64,000 nt of DNA from an uncultured Bacilli bacterium (GTDB lineage Bacteria > Bacillota_I > Bacilli_A > RF39 > UBA660): NCBI GenBank assembly GCA_934085565.1, contig CAKOHG010000001.1:64706-128705 (forward strand), in the 5' to 3' direction. The stretch's first letter is position 1. Each line of letters begins with the position of its first letter. Both the position numbers and the translations under genes were made by a program. Below, piece after piece: positions 9,557 to 19,211 of the stretch. Below the pieces are notes generated by a model. It did not search any database and was not told the DNA's origin. It worked only from the letters and a program-made list of their open reading frames with translations.

Positions 9557-9640
9557 AAAAGCCCTTTATTTAAGGGCTTTTTTCATACCTTTTTATAAAA
9601 ATTACTCTGAAATTACTCCAAAATTACTCCGAAATATAAA
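9557..9640 (+). repeat. post-tRNA module copy A: intrinsic terminator (AAAGCCCTTTATTTAAGGGCTTTTTTC) plus 3 tandem AAATTACTC(C/T) units
   Basis: near-identical modules also at 11598-11690 and 63697-63780, with a fragment at 63981-64000. Confidence 0.7.
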
Positions 9641-9701
9641 AATGAAAAAAATAACTAAATATTTAGCAAATTATTATTTGCTTAAAAGAAAGGAAGATAA
9701 T

Positions 9702-11249
9702 ATGGCTTTACTAGAAATAAATAATTTAAGTCACTCATATGATGATAAAGTTTTATATAAAAATGCCTCTTTAGAAATTTTTAAAGGAGAACATGTTGGC
9801 ATAGTCGGACCAAATGGCGCAGGTAAAAGTACTTTTTTAAAAATCATTACCAATGAGGTTATTCCTGACCGCGGTGAGATTAAGTGGCAAAGAAATGTTT
9901 CTTTGGGTATTTTAGATCAATATGCTCAAATAGATGAAAATCTAACCATATATGATTACTTAAATACCGCTTTTAATGATTTATATGAAATGGATAAAAA
10001 ATTAACAAAGCTGTATGATGACCTTTCTAAAAATTATCATGAAGACATTTTAAGACAAATTAGCTATTATCAAAATGAACTACAACAACGGGATTTTTAT
10101 TCTTTAAATACTATTATATTAAAAACAGCTTCTGGTCTTGGTCTTAGTGCCTTAGGGCTTGATAACCAAATTAAAAATTTAAGTGGAGGACAACGCGCTA
10201 AAGTTATCTTAGCTCGTCTTTTATTGCAAAATCCAGAAGTACTTATTTTAGATGAACCTACCAATTTTTTAGATAAAGAACATATTTTATGGTTAACTAA
10301 TTTTTTAAAAAGCTATCCCCATACTTTTTTAGTAGTATCTCATGATACCTCCTTTTTAGAAGAAATATGTACTTCCATTTGTGATATTGCCCATCAACAA
10401 CTTAATAAATATAAGGGAACCTTTCAAAACTTTTTGAAGCAAAAACAAATGAAGAGTGAAGAGTACGAAAGAGCATATGTCTCTCAACAAAAAGAGATTA
10501 AGAAACTAGAAATCTACATTGAAAAGAATAAAGCCCGGGCTTCTACGGCTAAGATGGCTAAAAGTAGAGAAAAAAAGTTGGCTAAAATAGAAAAATTAGA
10601 CAAACAAGTTAAGTTAGCTAAGCCAAATTTTGCTTTTTCTTATAAGGAACTAAACGATACCGATGTTTTAGAAGTAGACAATTTAACAGTTGGATATTAT
10701 TATCCTCTTTTAAAAAATGTTTGTTTTAAAATAAGAAAGCAAGAAAAAATAGCTTTAATTGGTTTTAATGGTTTAGGAAAATCAACTCTTATTAAAACTA
10801 TCTTAGGTTATATTCCGAGTTTAGGTGGCAGTGTGACTTTATCTTCACATTTACAAATAAATTATTTTGAACAAGATTTAAAATGGGATGATGATAGTCT
10901 GACTCCTATAAAATATTTAGAAAGAAAGTATCCTACTAAAAATAATAAAGAAATCCGTAGTGTACTTGCCAAATCTGCCCTTAAAAGTGAACATCAAATG
11001 CAAAATATAAAAACGTTAAGTGGAGGAGAGCAAGCTAAAATTAAAATAGCTGAGTTAATGCTTAAGCCATCTAATTTATTAATACTAGATGAACCTACCA
11101 ATCATTTAGATGAACTTGCCAAAGAATCTTTACAAGAAGCTATTAAAAATTATGAAGGCGCTTTAATACTGGTTTCACATGATGAAGATTTTTATAAATC
11201 TCTTGAGATGAAAATTATCAATGTTGCGGATTTTATGAATAAAAATTAA
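9702..11249 (+). CDS. ABC-F family ATPase (two tandem ABC domains, no transmembrane domain); ORF track start 9642 is probably an over-extension
   Basis: Walker A GPNGAGKST and GFNGLGKST, two LSGG signatures (LSGGQRAK, LSGGEQAK), charged inter-domain linker; AAAGGAAG RBS before ATG 9702. Confidence 0.8.
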   Translation: MALLEINNLSHSYDDKVLYKNASLEIFKGEHVGIVGPNGAGKSTFLKIITNEVIPDRGEIKWQRNVSLGILDQYAQIDENLTIYDYLNTAFNDLYEMDKKLTKLYDDLSKNYHEDILRQISYYQNELQQRDFYSLNTIILKTASGLGLSALGLDNQIKNLSGGQRAKVILARLLLQNPEVLILDEPTNFLDKEHILWLTNFLKSYPHTFLVVSHDTSFLEEICTSICDIAHQQLNKYKGTFQNFLKQKQMKSEEYERAYVSQQKEIKKLEIYIEKNKARASTAKMAKSREKKLAKIEKLDKQVKLAKPNFAFSYKELNDTDVLEVDNLTVGYYYPLLKNVCFKIRKQEKIALIGFNGLGKSTLIKTILGYIPSLGGSVTLSSHLQINYFEQDLKWDDDSLTPIKYLERKYPTKNNKEIRSVLAKSALKSEHQMQNIKTLSGGEQAKIKIAELMLKPSNLLILDEPTNHLDELAKESLQEAIKNYEGALILVSHDEDFYKSLEMKIINVADFMNKN

Positions 11250-11412
11250 AAAAGGTAATATAAATATTTTATAAATACTATTTATGACTATTTCAAGAAG
11301 AAACTTTAAGAATTAGAATTTAATTTTGAGATATAGGGTAACATTTTTTCTTGAAATAGCACAATAGGTACTTGAATTTTAATATTTAATATTATATAAT
11401 TAAGTAGTTGTT

Positions 11413-11489
11413 GGACCTTTAGCTCAGTTGGTTAGAGCACTCGGCTCATAACCGATCGGTCGTAGGTTCGAGTCCTACAAGGTCCACCA
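11413..11489 (+). tRNA. tRNA with CAT anticodon; closest to the lysidine-modified tRNA-Ile2 class, not initiator or elongator Met
   Basis: GGACCTTTAGCTCAGTTGGTTAGAGCA..GGCTCATAACC..GGTCGTAGGTTCGAGTCCTACAAGGTCCACCA closely matches Bacillus tRNA-Ile(CAU); TTGAAT-17-TATAAT promoter upstream. Confidence 0.8.
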
Positions 11490-11502
11490 TCTTTTTAAAC
11501 TC

Positions 11503-11587
11503 GCAGGCGTGGCGAAATTGGTAGACGCACTAGACTTAGGATCTAGCGAAGCAATTCATGGGGGTTCAAGTCCCTTCGCCTGCACCA
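11503..11587 (+). tRNA. tRNA-Leu (anticodon TAG)
   Basis: acceptor GCAGGCG/CGCCTGC, anticodon loop ACUUAGG, long variable arm, encoded CCA. Confidence 0.85.
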
Positions 11588-11597
11588 AATATGTTCG

Positions 11598-11690
11598 AAA
11601 AGTCCTTTATTTAAGGGCTTTTTTCATGCCATTTTTTAAAATTAATCTCAAAATTACTCCGAAAGTCCTTTCTGAAATATAGCGATTATT
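11598..11690 (+). repeat. post-tRNA module copy B (terminator AAAGTCCTTTATTTAAGGGCTTTTTTC plus AATTA(A/C)TC units plus CCGAAAGTCCTTTCTGAAATATA)
   Basis: aligned by eye to copies A and C. Confidence 0.7.
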
Positions 11691-11765
11691 AGCAGAAAGG
11701 CTCGTTTTTTTATTTTCTATTTAAAATAGGTAACATAATATCATGGTGACTTCATATATATTGGT

Positions 11766-12404
11766 ATGAAACTAAAATGCTTTTCTTTAATTTTAATATT
11801 TTTAATAATTCTTATTTCTATGTTATCTTGGTTAAATACAAGTGCTGGAACATTTGATGTGCCAAAGAATGTTTCTTTAAAGAAGAATATCGTGGTAAGA
11901 AAACCAGCTATTAATAATACTTTACTTAACAATTTAGTAACAGAAGAAATTTTACTTCAAAAAAATAATTTTTTAAATCAAGCTTTAAAAGAAGAAAAAA
12001 AAGACATCCTTTCCTTTTATGTAGAAGGGACATCTTTTGATACGGAAAATTATGAATCTGTTTATCTTTTATTTGAAACCTATTTGGGTGGTGCTCATCC
12101 GACTCATTTTGTTAAAACATTTGTTGTTGATAAAAGAAATAATAAAATCATAAACTTAGACGATTTTATTAACTTAGATGAAAAATTTTTACAGAAAGTA
12201 AGTGATAGTATCCGTATGGATTTATTACTTTCTTTTGAAATAACTGATACGACTTGGATGATGGAAGGTACACGTCCTTTTAAAGAAAATTATCAAAATT
12301 TTGTAATAAAAGAAAATGAAATTTTGTTTATTTTTCAAGAATATCAAATCGCACCTTACGCGCGTGGTATCATAAAGTGTAGCTATTCTTATCAAATAAC
12401 TTAA
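11766..12404 (+). CDS. secreted or membrane-anchored DUF3298/DUF4163-like protein (RsiV/PdaC-type extracytoplasmic domain)
   Basis: N-terminal signal/TM segment; LLFETYLGGAHPTHF resembles the DUF3298 GGAHP core. Confidence 0.45.
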   Translation: MKLKCFSLILIFLIILISMLSWLNTSAGTFDVPKNVSLKKNIVVRKPAINNTLLNNLVTEEILLQKNNFLNQALKEEKKDILSFYVEGTSFDTENYESVYLLFETYLGGAHPTHFVKTFVVDKRNNKIINLDDFINLDEKFLQKVSDSIRMDLLLSFEITDTTWMMEGTRPFKENYQNFVIKENEILFIFQEYQIAPYARGIIKCSYSYQIT

Positions 12405-13003
12405 GAAGCTAAGATATTTAAAATAGCTTTAACAACAAGATTTTCCATGAGTTCATAATCTAAATTGTCATGTTTATGATAGGCTTCTTCATGCGCAAAA
12501 TTATCAATTAAATTCACGATTAAATGTGTTTTTTCTTTTAAATTTTCTTCCTTATAACCATTATTTTTGAGTAGCAGTTCCAATTTGCTTGCAAAAGCAA
12601 TTTCCAAATCTTTAAAAATTTGTTCAATATCCTCATCGAGATGTTGCATAGCAGATATTTCTTGATGAGCTTTTTTATCAATGGTATGTTTTTCTTTATT
12701 AATTTTGATTAAGTCTTTAAAAAAAGTTGTTAAATCGTTAGGAAGAATACTTTTTTCATCAATAAGAGAGTAGATAGGAAACATAATTTCATTAGCATAC
12801 TTTTTGGTTCCAGCAATAAAAATTTCCTTTTTATCTTTAAAATATTGATAAATAATCCCAGTAGAAACACCACTAAACTTAGCAATGTCGGGTGTTGTCA
12901 CATTAAAGAAACCTTTTTCACACATTAATTCAAAACCTTTGGTAATTATCTTTTCTTTTTTCTCAATGGATCTTTGTTGAGTTGGTATTCTTGTTTTAGC
13001 CAT
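12401..13003 (-). CDS. TetR/AcrR family transcriptional regulator
   Basis: N-terminal HTH TTPDIAKFSGVSTGIIYQYFKDKKEIF; 200 aa; divergent from ABC exporter operon; stop overlaps the stop of the convergent 11766 gene inside a CTTAAG palindrome. Confidence 0.85.
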   Translation of the reverse strand: MAKTRIPTQQRSIEKKEKIITKGFELMCEKGFFNVTTPDIAKFSGVSTGIIYQYFKDKKEIFIAGTKKYANEIMFPIYSLIDEKSILPNDLTTFFKDLIKINKEKHTIDKKAHQEISAMQHLDEDIEQIFKDLEIAFASKLELLLKNNGYKEENLKEKTHLIVNLIDNFAHEEAYHKHDNLDYELMENLVVKAILNILAS

Positions 13004-13065
13004 CTAAATCACGTCCTTTTTTCATTATACTTTTTTTAAGAATAAAAAGCAAGAAAGGTGAAAAA

Positions 13066-13135
13066 TGTTTCATATTTGTATTGACGAAAGAGTTCGCATT
13101 ATCTATAATTTAATTATATGAAATTAGTTTCATAT
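13066..13135 (+). promoter_or_regulatory. TTGACG-17-TATAAT promoter flanked by TetR-type operator: perfect palindrome ATATGAAA-TTAG-TTTCATAT (13116-13135) plus upstream half-site TGTTTCATAT
   Basis: read directly; lies between the divergent TetR gene and the ABC exporter genes. Confidence 0.6.
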
Positions 13136-13155
13136 ATTGTTTAGAGGAGGAGTAT

Positions 13156-13866
13156 ATGGAAAATTTAATTGAGTTTCAAAATGTCAAGAAAACCTACATG
13201 GTAGGAGAGAAAAAATTTAATGCCTTAGATGACGTTAGTTTTACGATTCCTAAAGGAGAATTCGTTGTTATTTTAGGACCATCAGGTGCTGGTAAGTCAA
13301 CCCTTTTAAACCTTTTAGGAGGAATGGATACAGTTTCTAGTGGTAAAATTATCGTGGATGGGGAAGAAATTTCTTCCTATAACGCCAAAGAAATGACTCA
13401 TTACCGAGCTGAAAAAGTTGGCTTTATCTTTCAATTTTCTAACATTTTACCAACTCTTACGGTTTTAGAAAATGTAGAACTTATTAATGATATTGTGGCA
13501 AAACCAAAAAAAGCCAAACAAGTTTTAAAAGAAGTTGGGTTAGAAAAACATTTAAATAAATTTCCAAATCAATTATCTGGTGGAGAACAACAAAGAGTTT
13601 CTATTGCAAGAGCTATTTGTAAAGACCCAAGTCTTATTTTAGCAGATGAACCATCTGGAGCTTTAGATTCTAAAACCGGAGTGGAAGTATTAAAATTACT
13701 AAAAAAACAATGTGACGAAAATAATGGAGAAAACACTGTTGTTATCGTGACACATAACTCTTTAATCGCTGAAATCGCCGATAGAGTTATTCGACTAAAA
13801 AATGGTAAAATCGAATCTAATGAAATAAATAAACATCCTAAAAAGATTGATGAAGTAGTGTGGTAG
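13156..13866 (+). CDS. ABC transporter ATP-binding protein (MacB/LolD-type)
   Basis: Walker A GPSGAGKST, signature LSGGEQQRVSIARA, Walker B ILADEP; RBS GGAGGAG. Confidence 0.9.
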   Translation: MENLIEFQNVKKTYMVGEKKFNALDDVSFTIPKGEFVVILGPSGAGKSTLLNLLGGMDTVSSGKIIVDGEEISSYNAKEMTHYRAEKVGFIFQFSNILPTLTVLENVELINDIVAKPKKAKQVLKEVGLEKHLNKFPNQLSGGEQQRVSIARAICKDPSLILADEPSGALDSKTGVEVLKLLKKQCDENNGENTVVIVTHNSLIAEIADRVIRLKNGKIESNEINKHPKKIDEVVW

Positions 13867-13867
13867 T

Positions 13868-16258
13868 ATGTTAAGAAAGAAAATGCTTCGTGATGTTTTA
13901 AATAACAAATCACAATTTATTACGATTTTACTTATGGTCATGATAGGTGTCATGGTTTATGCTGGTATTGAAGGCTATATGGCGGGTATGACAAGAACCG
14001 CGGATAAGTTTTACACGGAAAATAACTTACAAGATATCAATGTTATTGGTAGTGGATTTACTCAGGATGACTTAGAGAACATCAAAAAAATAGATGGTGT
14101 CAATAACGCGGAAAGAAAATTAGAACTTGTTATGACAAATAGCCAAGATGAAGACAAATCTTTCCTTGTTTCTGTCATTGAAGAAAATGAAATTAGTAAA
14201 TTTTATGTTCAAGACGGTAGTTCTTTTGATTCAAATAAAAAGGGTGTTTGGTTAGATTATTTCTATGCCAAAGAAAATAATTTAAAAGTAGGCGATGAAA
14301 TTTCTTTTAAATATGACGGCTATGAATTTAAAGAAGAAATCTTAGGTCTTATTTATGTACCAGATCATGTGTATGATGTCAAAGATTCTTCCCAACTTAT
14401 GCCAAATCATAAGACGTACGGTTTTGTTTATATGTCTACGATTGAAGTCGAAGATTTTATAAAAAAACAAGTGAAAGATAATTTATCGAAAGAAATGAAT
14501 ATGACAATTACGGATTCATTACTTGCAAAAATAAAACCAGATTTTAATTATCTTGATTATATTCCTTTTAACTATGTCATGGTTGATACAAAAAACAAAG
14601 AAAATAATAAAGAAATTAAAGAGAAAATAGAAAATAATATCAGTCATGCTTTGGCAACGATTGATATTGAAGATACAGCAAGTTATACGATGTATCAAGG
14701 AGAAATTGATGAAGGAAAAGCTTATGTTGGTATTTTCTCAGGACTTTTCTTATTTATTGCTTTATTATCCGTTATTACTACAATGACAAGAGTAGTTAAA
14801 AGAGAACGTATTCAAATTGGTACTTTAAAAGCCTTAGGATTTTCTAATTTAAAAGTTACCAGTCATTATGTTAGTTATGGCTTTTGGGTTTCTTTAGTAG
14901 GAGCTTTACTCGGTATTATACTTGGTAAGTATTTCTTAGGAGCTACTTTCTTAAATCTTGAAATGTCTTTCTTTGAAATGCCAAACGGTCGTGTTTATAT
15001 TATACCATTTACTTATATTATGGCTTTACTTGTTGTAGTAGGTGTTAGTTTCATTACGTTCTTAACTTGCTATAAAGAACTTTTAAAAAAGCCTGCCGAA
15101 AGCTTACGTAGTGAACTTCCTAAAGTAAAACAAGGTAGTTTAAATGTGACAACGAAAGGTTTCTTTAAAAAATTAAACTTTGCCCATAAATGGAATTTAA
15201 GAGATATTTTAAGAAATAAATTCCGTAGTATTACAGGAGTGATTGGGATTGTTGGTTGCTGTACTTTAATTGTTTGTGCTCTTGGAATGCTTAATAGTAT
15301 GAACTATTTTATTAAACTTCAATTTGATGATTTAGATAATTTTAATTATAAACTTACTTTAAAAGAAGATATTTCTAATAACGATTTAAAAGAACTTAAA
15401 GATAAATATGGTGATAATACAAGTGCTACTTTAAATATTGAAATTAAAGACAAAGACGGTAATAAAGAAGCAAATACTTTATTTGTAGATGATAGTCATG
15501 ATTTTATAAGATTTATAAATAGTGATTATGAATTCATTAAATTAGATTCTAAAGAAGGTGTTTATGTCACTTATAAATTTGCTGATAAGTATAATCTTCA
15601 GATAGGTGACACGATTCAGTGGCATATTTATGGTAATAAAACTTATTATGAGTCAAAGATTGTAGGACTTTATAAAGACCCGCAAGTTCAAGGGCTTACG
15701 ATGACTAAAGAGTATTTAGAAAGTCTAGGGGTGACTTATCAAGCAGATTCTTTATATACCAATGAAGATTTACAAAATACCAAAACAATTAAAAATGTTT
15801 TAGTCGTTCAAAATAAAAGTGAACTTAAAGAAACGATTAGCAATATGCTTTCTATGATGAGAAAAATGATTGTTATCATTATTGTATTTGCGGTTTTACT
15901 AGGCGTTGTTATTATTTACAACATGAGTATTTTATCTTTCAGTGAGAAAGAATATCAGTTTGCTACTTTAAAAGTATTAGGCTTCGCGGATAGTAAAATT
16001 AAGAAAATTTTTATCTCCCAAAACAGTTTCTTATGTATCTTATCCATTCTTATAGGTTTACCTGTTGGTTACTATTTAACCTCTTACTTATTTAAAGTAT
16101 GTTTAGATGAAAATTATGATTTTGGTGTTCATATTGAACTTTGGACTTATCTTGTTTCTGCTTTAGGTACTTATTTAGTTTCTTACTTAGTTTCTCGAAA
16201 ACTTTCTAAAAAAGTGGATAACATTGATATGGTAAGTAGTTTAAAAGCTAATGAATAA
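13868..16258 (+). CDS. ABC transporter permease, FtsX/MacB family with duplicated FtsX domains and large extracytoplasmic regions (796 aa)
   Basis: two 4-TM FtsX-like blocks separated by soluble domains; translationally coupled (TGGTAGTATG) to the ATPase. Confidence 0.8.
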   Translation: MLRKKMLRDVLNNKSQFITILLMVMIGVMVYAGIEGYMAGMTRTADKFYTENNLQDINVIGSGFTQDDLENIKKIDGVNNAERKLELVMTNSQDEDKSFLVSVIEENEISKFYVQDGSSFDSNKKGVWLDYFYAKENNLKVGDEISFKYDGYEFKEEILGLIYVPDHVYDVKDSSQLMPNHKTYGFVYMSTIEVEDFIKKQVKDNLSKEMNMTITDSLLAKIKPDFNYLDYIPFNYVMVDTKNKENNKEIKEKIENNISHALATIDIEDTASYTMYQGEIDEGKAYVGIFSGLFLFIALLSVITTMTRVVKRERIQIGTLKALGFSNLKVTSHYVSYGFWVSLVGALLGIILGKYFLGATFLNLEMSFFEMPNGRVYIIPFTYIMALLVVVGVSFITFLTCYKELLKKPAESLRSELPKVKQGSLNVTTKGFFKKLNFAHKWNLRDILRNKFRSITGVIGIVGCCTLIVCALGMLNSMNYFIKLQFDDLDNFNYKLTLKEDISNNDLKELKDKYGDNTSATLNIEIKDKDGNKEANTLFVDDSHDFIRFINSDYEFIKLDSKEGVYVTYKFADKYNLQIGDTIQWHIYGNKTYYESKIVGLYKDPQVQGLTMTKEYLESLGVTYQADSLYTNEDLQNTKTIKNVLVVQNKSELKETISNMLSMMRKMIVIIIVFAVLLGVVIIYNMSILSFSEKEYQFATLKVLGFADSKIKKIFISQNSFLCILSILIGLPVGYYLTSYLFKVCLDENYDFGVHIELWTYLVSALGTYLVSYLVSRKLSKKVDNIDMVSSLKANE

Positions 16259-16263
16259 AAAAT

Positions 16264-16285
16264 GGTTAGAAATAACCCTTTTTTT
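16264..16285 (+). terminator. rho-independent terminator
   Basis: GGTTAGAAATAACC hairpin plus CTTTTTTTC; second hairpin GAAGAGCC..GGTTCTTC at about 16312-16345. Confidence 0.55.
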
Positions 16286-16402
16286 CATATCAGTAATTAT
16301 TTTTTAGAAAAAGAGGAAGAGCCTTTTTGAATGGTTCTTCTTTTGTGATATAATGATGGCAATGATTTTATTATCAATTTAAAAACAAAGGCGGTAATAT
16401 TT

Positions 16403-17611
16403 ATGAAAAATGTTTTAATTATCGGTGGGGGAGTAAGTGGTGTTACTACAGCCATAGCATTAGCTAGTGGAAAAATAAACGTGACTTTGATGGAAGGAAA
16501 CGATAAACTTTTAAAAAAACTCTTAATAACAGGTAATGGTCGTTGTAACTTTTATAATGAAGACCAAAGTTTTAATCATTATCATTCGACTCATCAAGAA
16601 CTTTTGCGGCAGTTTTTGGAAGATGAAAATCCTATTCATGCTTTAAATTTTATCGAAAGTTTAGCGATTGTGCCTCTTATTAAAAATGGTTATTATTATC
16701 CTTTTACAAATAAAGCTAGTACAGTTTACGAAGCTTTCTTAAAGAAACTTTCTAAGACCAATGTAAAAGTTTTATTGAATCATAAAGTGAGAAATATTGA
16801 AATAAAAGAAAATGGCTTTTTAATGGATAACGAATTTTATACAGATGTTGTTTTAGCTACTGGTTCTAAAGCCTATCCGTTAACAGGAAGTGATGGTTCT
16901 GGCTATAGTCTTTTTCCTTTTATTAAAGATAGGGTGATTCCTGTTTTACCTGCTTTAACATATTTAGAATGTCAAACACCTTATAACAAATTATGGAAAG
17001 GTATTCGAGCTCAAGTAACAGCTAAATTATATGTTGAGGATGAATGGATAAAAGAAGAAACGGGAGAATTACAATTTACGGAGAATGGCTTAAGTGGAAT
17101 ATGTATTTTTAATTTAAGTGGCAGTGCCGCTTTGGCTATCCTTAAAAAGCAAAGCGTTCAAGTTCATCTTGATTTTACGCCTTTTACGTCTGATATTTTA
17201 AGTTTTTTACAAAAATGGTCAGAAGAGAAAAATATCAAAGAAACATTAGAAGGTTTCTTACAAGAGCCTTTAATTAAAATGATTATGAAACAAAGTAAAA
17301 TAAAAGAAGAAGATAATTTTAATGACTTAAGTCCAGAAAGAATAAATAAATTAATCTTTAATTTAACGGATTATCCTCTTTCTATTACGGGTACTGGTGG
17401 TTTTGATAAAGCCCAAGTTTGTCAAGGTGGAATATCTTTAAAAAGTGTTGATATCCAAAAATTATGTTCTTTAGATTATCCTCATTTATACTTTACTGGT
17501 GAGATTTTAGATGTCTTTGGGGATTGTGGAGGATATAATCTAACTTTTGCCATTTTAAGTGGTTTAGTAGTAGGAAGGAGTATTCAAAATGATTCGTCTA
17601 AGACAAGTTAA
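16403..17611 (+). CDS. HI0933/BaiN-family flavoprotein (NAD(P)/FAD-binding)
   Basis: N-terminal IIGGGVSGVTTA dinucleotide fold; family signature TGNGRCNF. Confidence 0.8.
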   Translation: MKNVLIIGGGVSGVTTAIALASGKINVTLMEGNDKLLKKLLITGNGRCNFYNEDQSFNHYHSTHQELLRQFLEDENPIHALNFIESLAIVPLIKNGYYYPFTNKASTVYEAFLKKLSKTNVKVLLNHKVRNIEIKENGFLMDNEFYTDVVLATGSKAYPLTGSDGSGYSLFPFIKDRVIPVLPALTYLECQTPYNKLWKGIRAQVTAKLYVEDEWIKEETGELQFTENGLSGICIFNLSGSAALAILKKQSVQVHLDFTPFTSDILSFLQKWSEEKNIKETLEGFLQEPLIKMIMKQSKIKEEDNFNDLSPERINKLIFNLTDYPLSITGTGGFDKAQVCQGGISLKSVDIQKLCSLDYPHLYFTGEILDVFGDCGGYNLTFAILSGLVVGRSIQNDSSKTS

Positions 17612-19163
17612 AGTATCTATTTATGAAGAAGATAAATTATTGTCAAAAATAGAGAGTATTTTAAAAACAAAAGTGGAAAGTTATTCTATTATCAAAAAAT
17701 CTTTGGACGCGCGAAAGAAACCAGAACTTTATTATATTTATGAAGTTGATGTTTCCGTTTCAGATGAAAAGAAAGTACTTAAAAGATTTCAAAAAAATGA
17801 AGATATCTTTTTAGCACCTATCGAAAAGTATGAAATGCCTTCTTTTGGCACTACTAAATTACAATATCGTCCAGTGATTATTGGAAGTGGACCTGCCGGT
17901 TTATTTACCACTTATTTACTTTCAGAAGCTGGGTATCGTCCAATTTTATTTGAAAGAGGCGAGTGCGTTGAAAAAAGAAAAGAAAAAATCGAAAAGTTTT
18001 GGCAAACGGGAGAGTTAGATGAACAAACCAACGTCCAATTTGGTGAGGGTGGTGCTGGCACTTTTTCAGATGGAAAGTTAAATACGATGGTTAAAGATAA
18101 AGCTTGTCGTGGCAAAAAAGTTTTTGAAACTTTCGCCGAATGTGGCGCTCCAGTGGATATTTTATATGAATCACATCCCCATATTGGTACGGATTTATTA
18201 CAAAATGTCATTAAAAATATGCGCGAAAAAATAAAGCAAATGGGTGGGGAAATTCAATATTCTTCTTGTTTAACTGATATTCATGTGAAAGATAATAAAA
18301 TAGAAGAAATAGTCATTAATAATAAGCAAGCTTATTCGTGTGATTGTCTTGTCCTTGCTTTAGGACATAGTGCTAGAGATACTTTTCAAATGCTTTTTAA
18401 TCGCGGTTTGTTATTAGAAAGCAAGCCCTTTGCAGTTGGTCTTCGAATTGAACACTCTCAAAAAATGATTAATGAAAGCCAATATGGTCAAAATTATCCT
18501 GCTTTTTTACCACCAGCTAGTTATAAATTAACTTATCAAACTAAAGAAAAACGAGGTGTTTATTCTTTTTGTATGTGTCCGGGTGGTTATGTTGTCAATG
18601 CTAGTTCTTGTCAAAATCACTTAGTGATAAATGGCATAAGTGAACATAAAAGAGATTCTAAAAATGCTAATGCGGCTTTAATTGTTACCGTTGGACCTAA
18701 AGATTTTGGCTTTGATACTTTTGATGGCGTTAAGTTTCAAGAAAAGTTAGAAAAACAAGCCTATGCCTTAAAAAATGGTTTTATTCCGATGCAAAAAGTA
18801 AAAGACTTCTTGGATAATAAAGAAACAACTACTTTAGATGATGTCGAGCCTATTACGAAAGGCAATGTAAAAATGGCTAATCTAAATGAAATATTACCGG
18901 ATTTTATAAAGGAAGCTTTGAAGGAAGCCTTACCAGCTTTTGGTAAGAAAATAAAAGGTTATGACCGCGATGACGCCTTGCTTTTTGGGATTGAAACACG
19001 TTCTTCTAGTCCTATTAGAATGAAAAGAAATGAAACTTTAGAAAGTAATATTTCTGGTGTCTATGTCTGTGGCGAGGGTTCTGGCTATGCCGGTGGTATT
19101 ACGACGAGTGCTATGGATGGTTTAAAATGTGCTGAAGAAATTATCAAAAAATACACAAAATAG
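17589..19163 (+). CDS. FAD-dependent protein, COG2509-like oxidoreductase
   Basis: VIIGSGPAGLFTTYLL Rossmann motif; 524 aa; overlaps upstream gene by 23 nt. Confidence 0.65.
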   Translation: MIRLRQVKVSIYEEDKLLSKIESILKTKVESYSIIKKSLDARKKPELYYIYEVDVSVSDEKKVLKRFQKNEDIFLAPIEKYEMPSFGTTKLQYRPVIIGSGPAGLFTTYLLSEAGYRPILFERGECVEKRKEKIEKFWQTGELDEQTNVQFGEGGAGTFSDGKLNTMVKDKACRGKKVFETFAECGAPVDILYESHPHIGTDLLQNVIKNMREKIKQMGGEIQYSSCLTDIHVKDNKIEEIVINNKQAYSCDCLVLALGHSARDTFQMLFNRGLLLESKPFAVGLRIEHSQKMINESQYGQNYPAFLPPASYKLTYQTKEKRGVYSFCMCPGGYVVNASSCQNHLVINGISEHKRDSKNANAALIVTVGPKDFGFDTFDGVKFQEKLEKQAYALKNGFIPMQKVKDFLDNKETTTLDDVEPITKGNVKMANLNEILPDFIKEALKEALPAFGKKIKGYDRDDALLFGIETRSSSPIRMKRNETLESNISGVYVCGEGSGYAGGITTSAMDGLKCAEEIIKKYTK

Positions 19164-19211
19164 GTACTGTTTGCAAATAATTTAAAATATGCTATAATGG
19201 GATAGTTCGAG

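Noticed and set aside
9597-9634. Possible CRISPR array from tandem AAATTACTCC repeats
   Set aside because: Only 2-3 units of about 11 bp with 1-2 nt between them; no spacers, no cas genes. This is a short tandem repeat inside a dispersed module, not CRISPR.
9642-9701. Upstream extensions of ORF-track starts (9642 ABC-F, 21171 queA, 32558 mscL, 45155 tsf, 50877, 53196 polA, 55812, 60058, 61263 asnB-like)
   Set aside because: Internal ATGs are preceded by good Shine-Dalgarno sequences and correspond to conserved protein N-termini. The polA upstream ATG lies inside its own -10 box, and the mscL extension reads through the tRNA terminator.
11741-11932. 63-aa minus-strand ORF overlapping the start of the DUF3298-like gene
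   Set aside because: It overlaps the promoter and N-terminus of a better-supported plus-strand gene. It has no RBS and a low-complexity translation.
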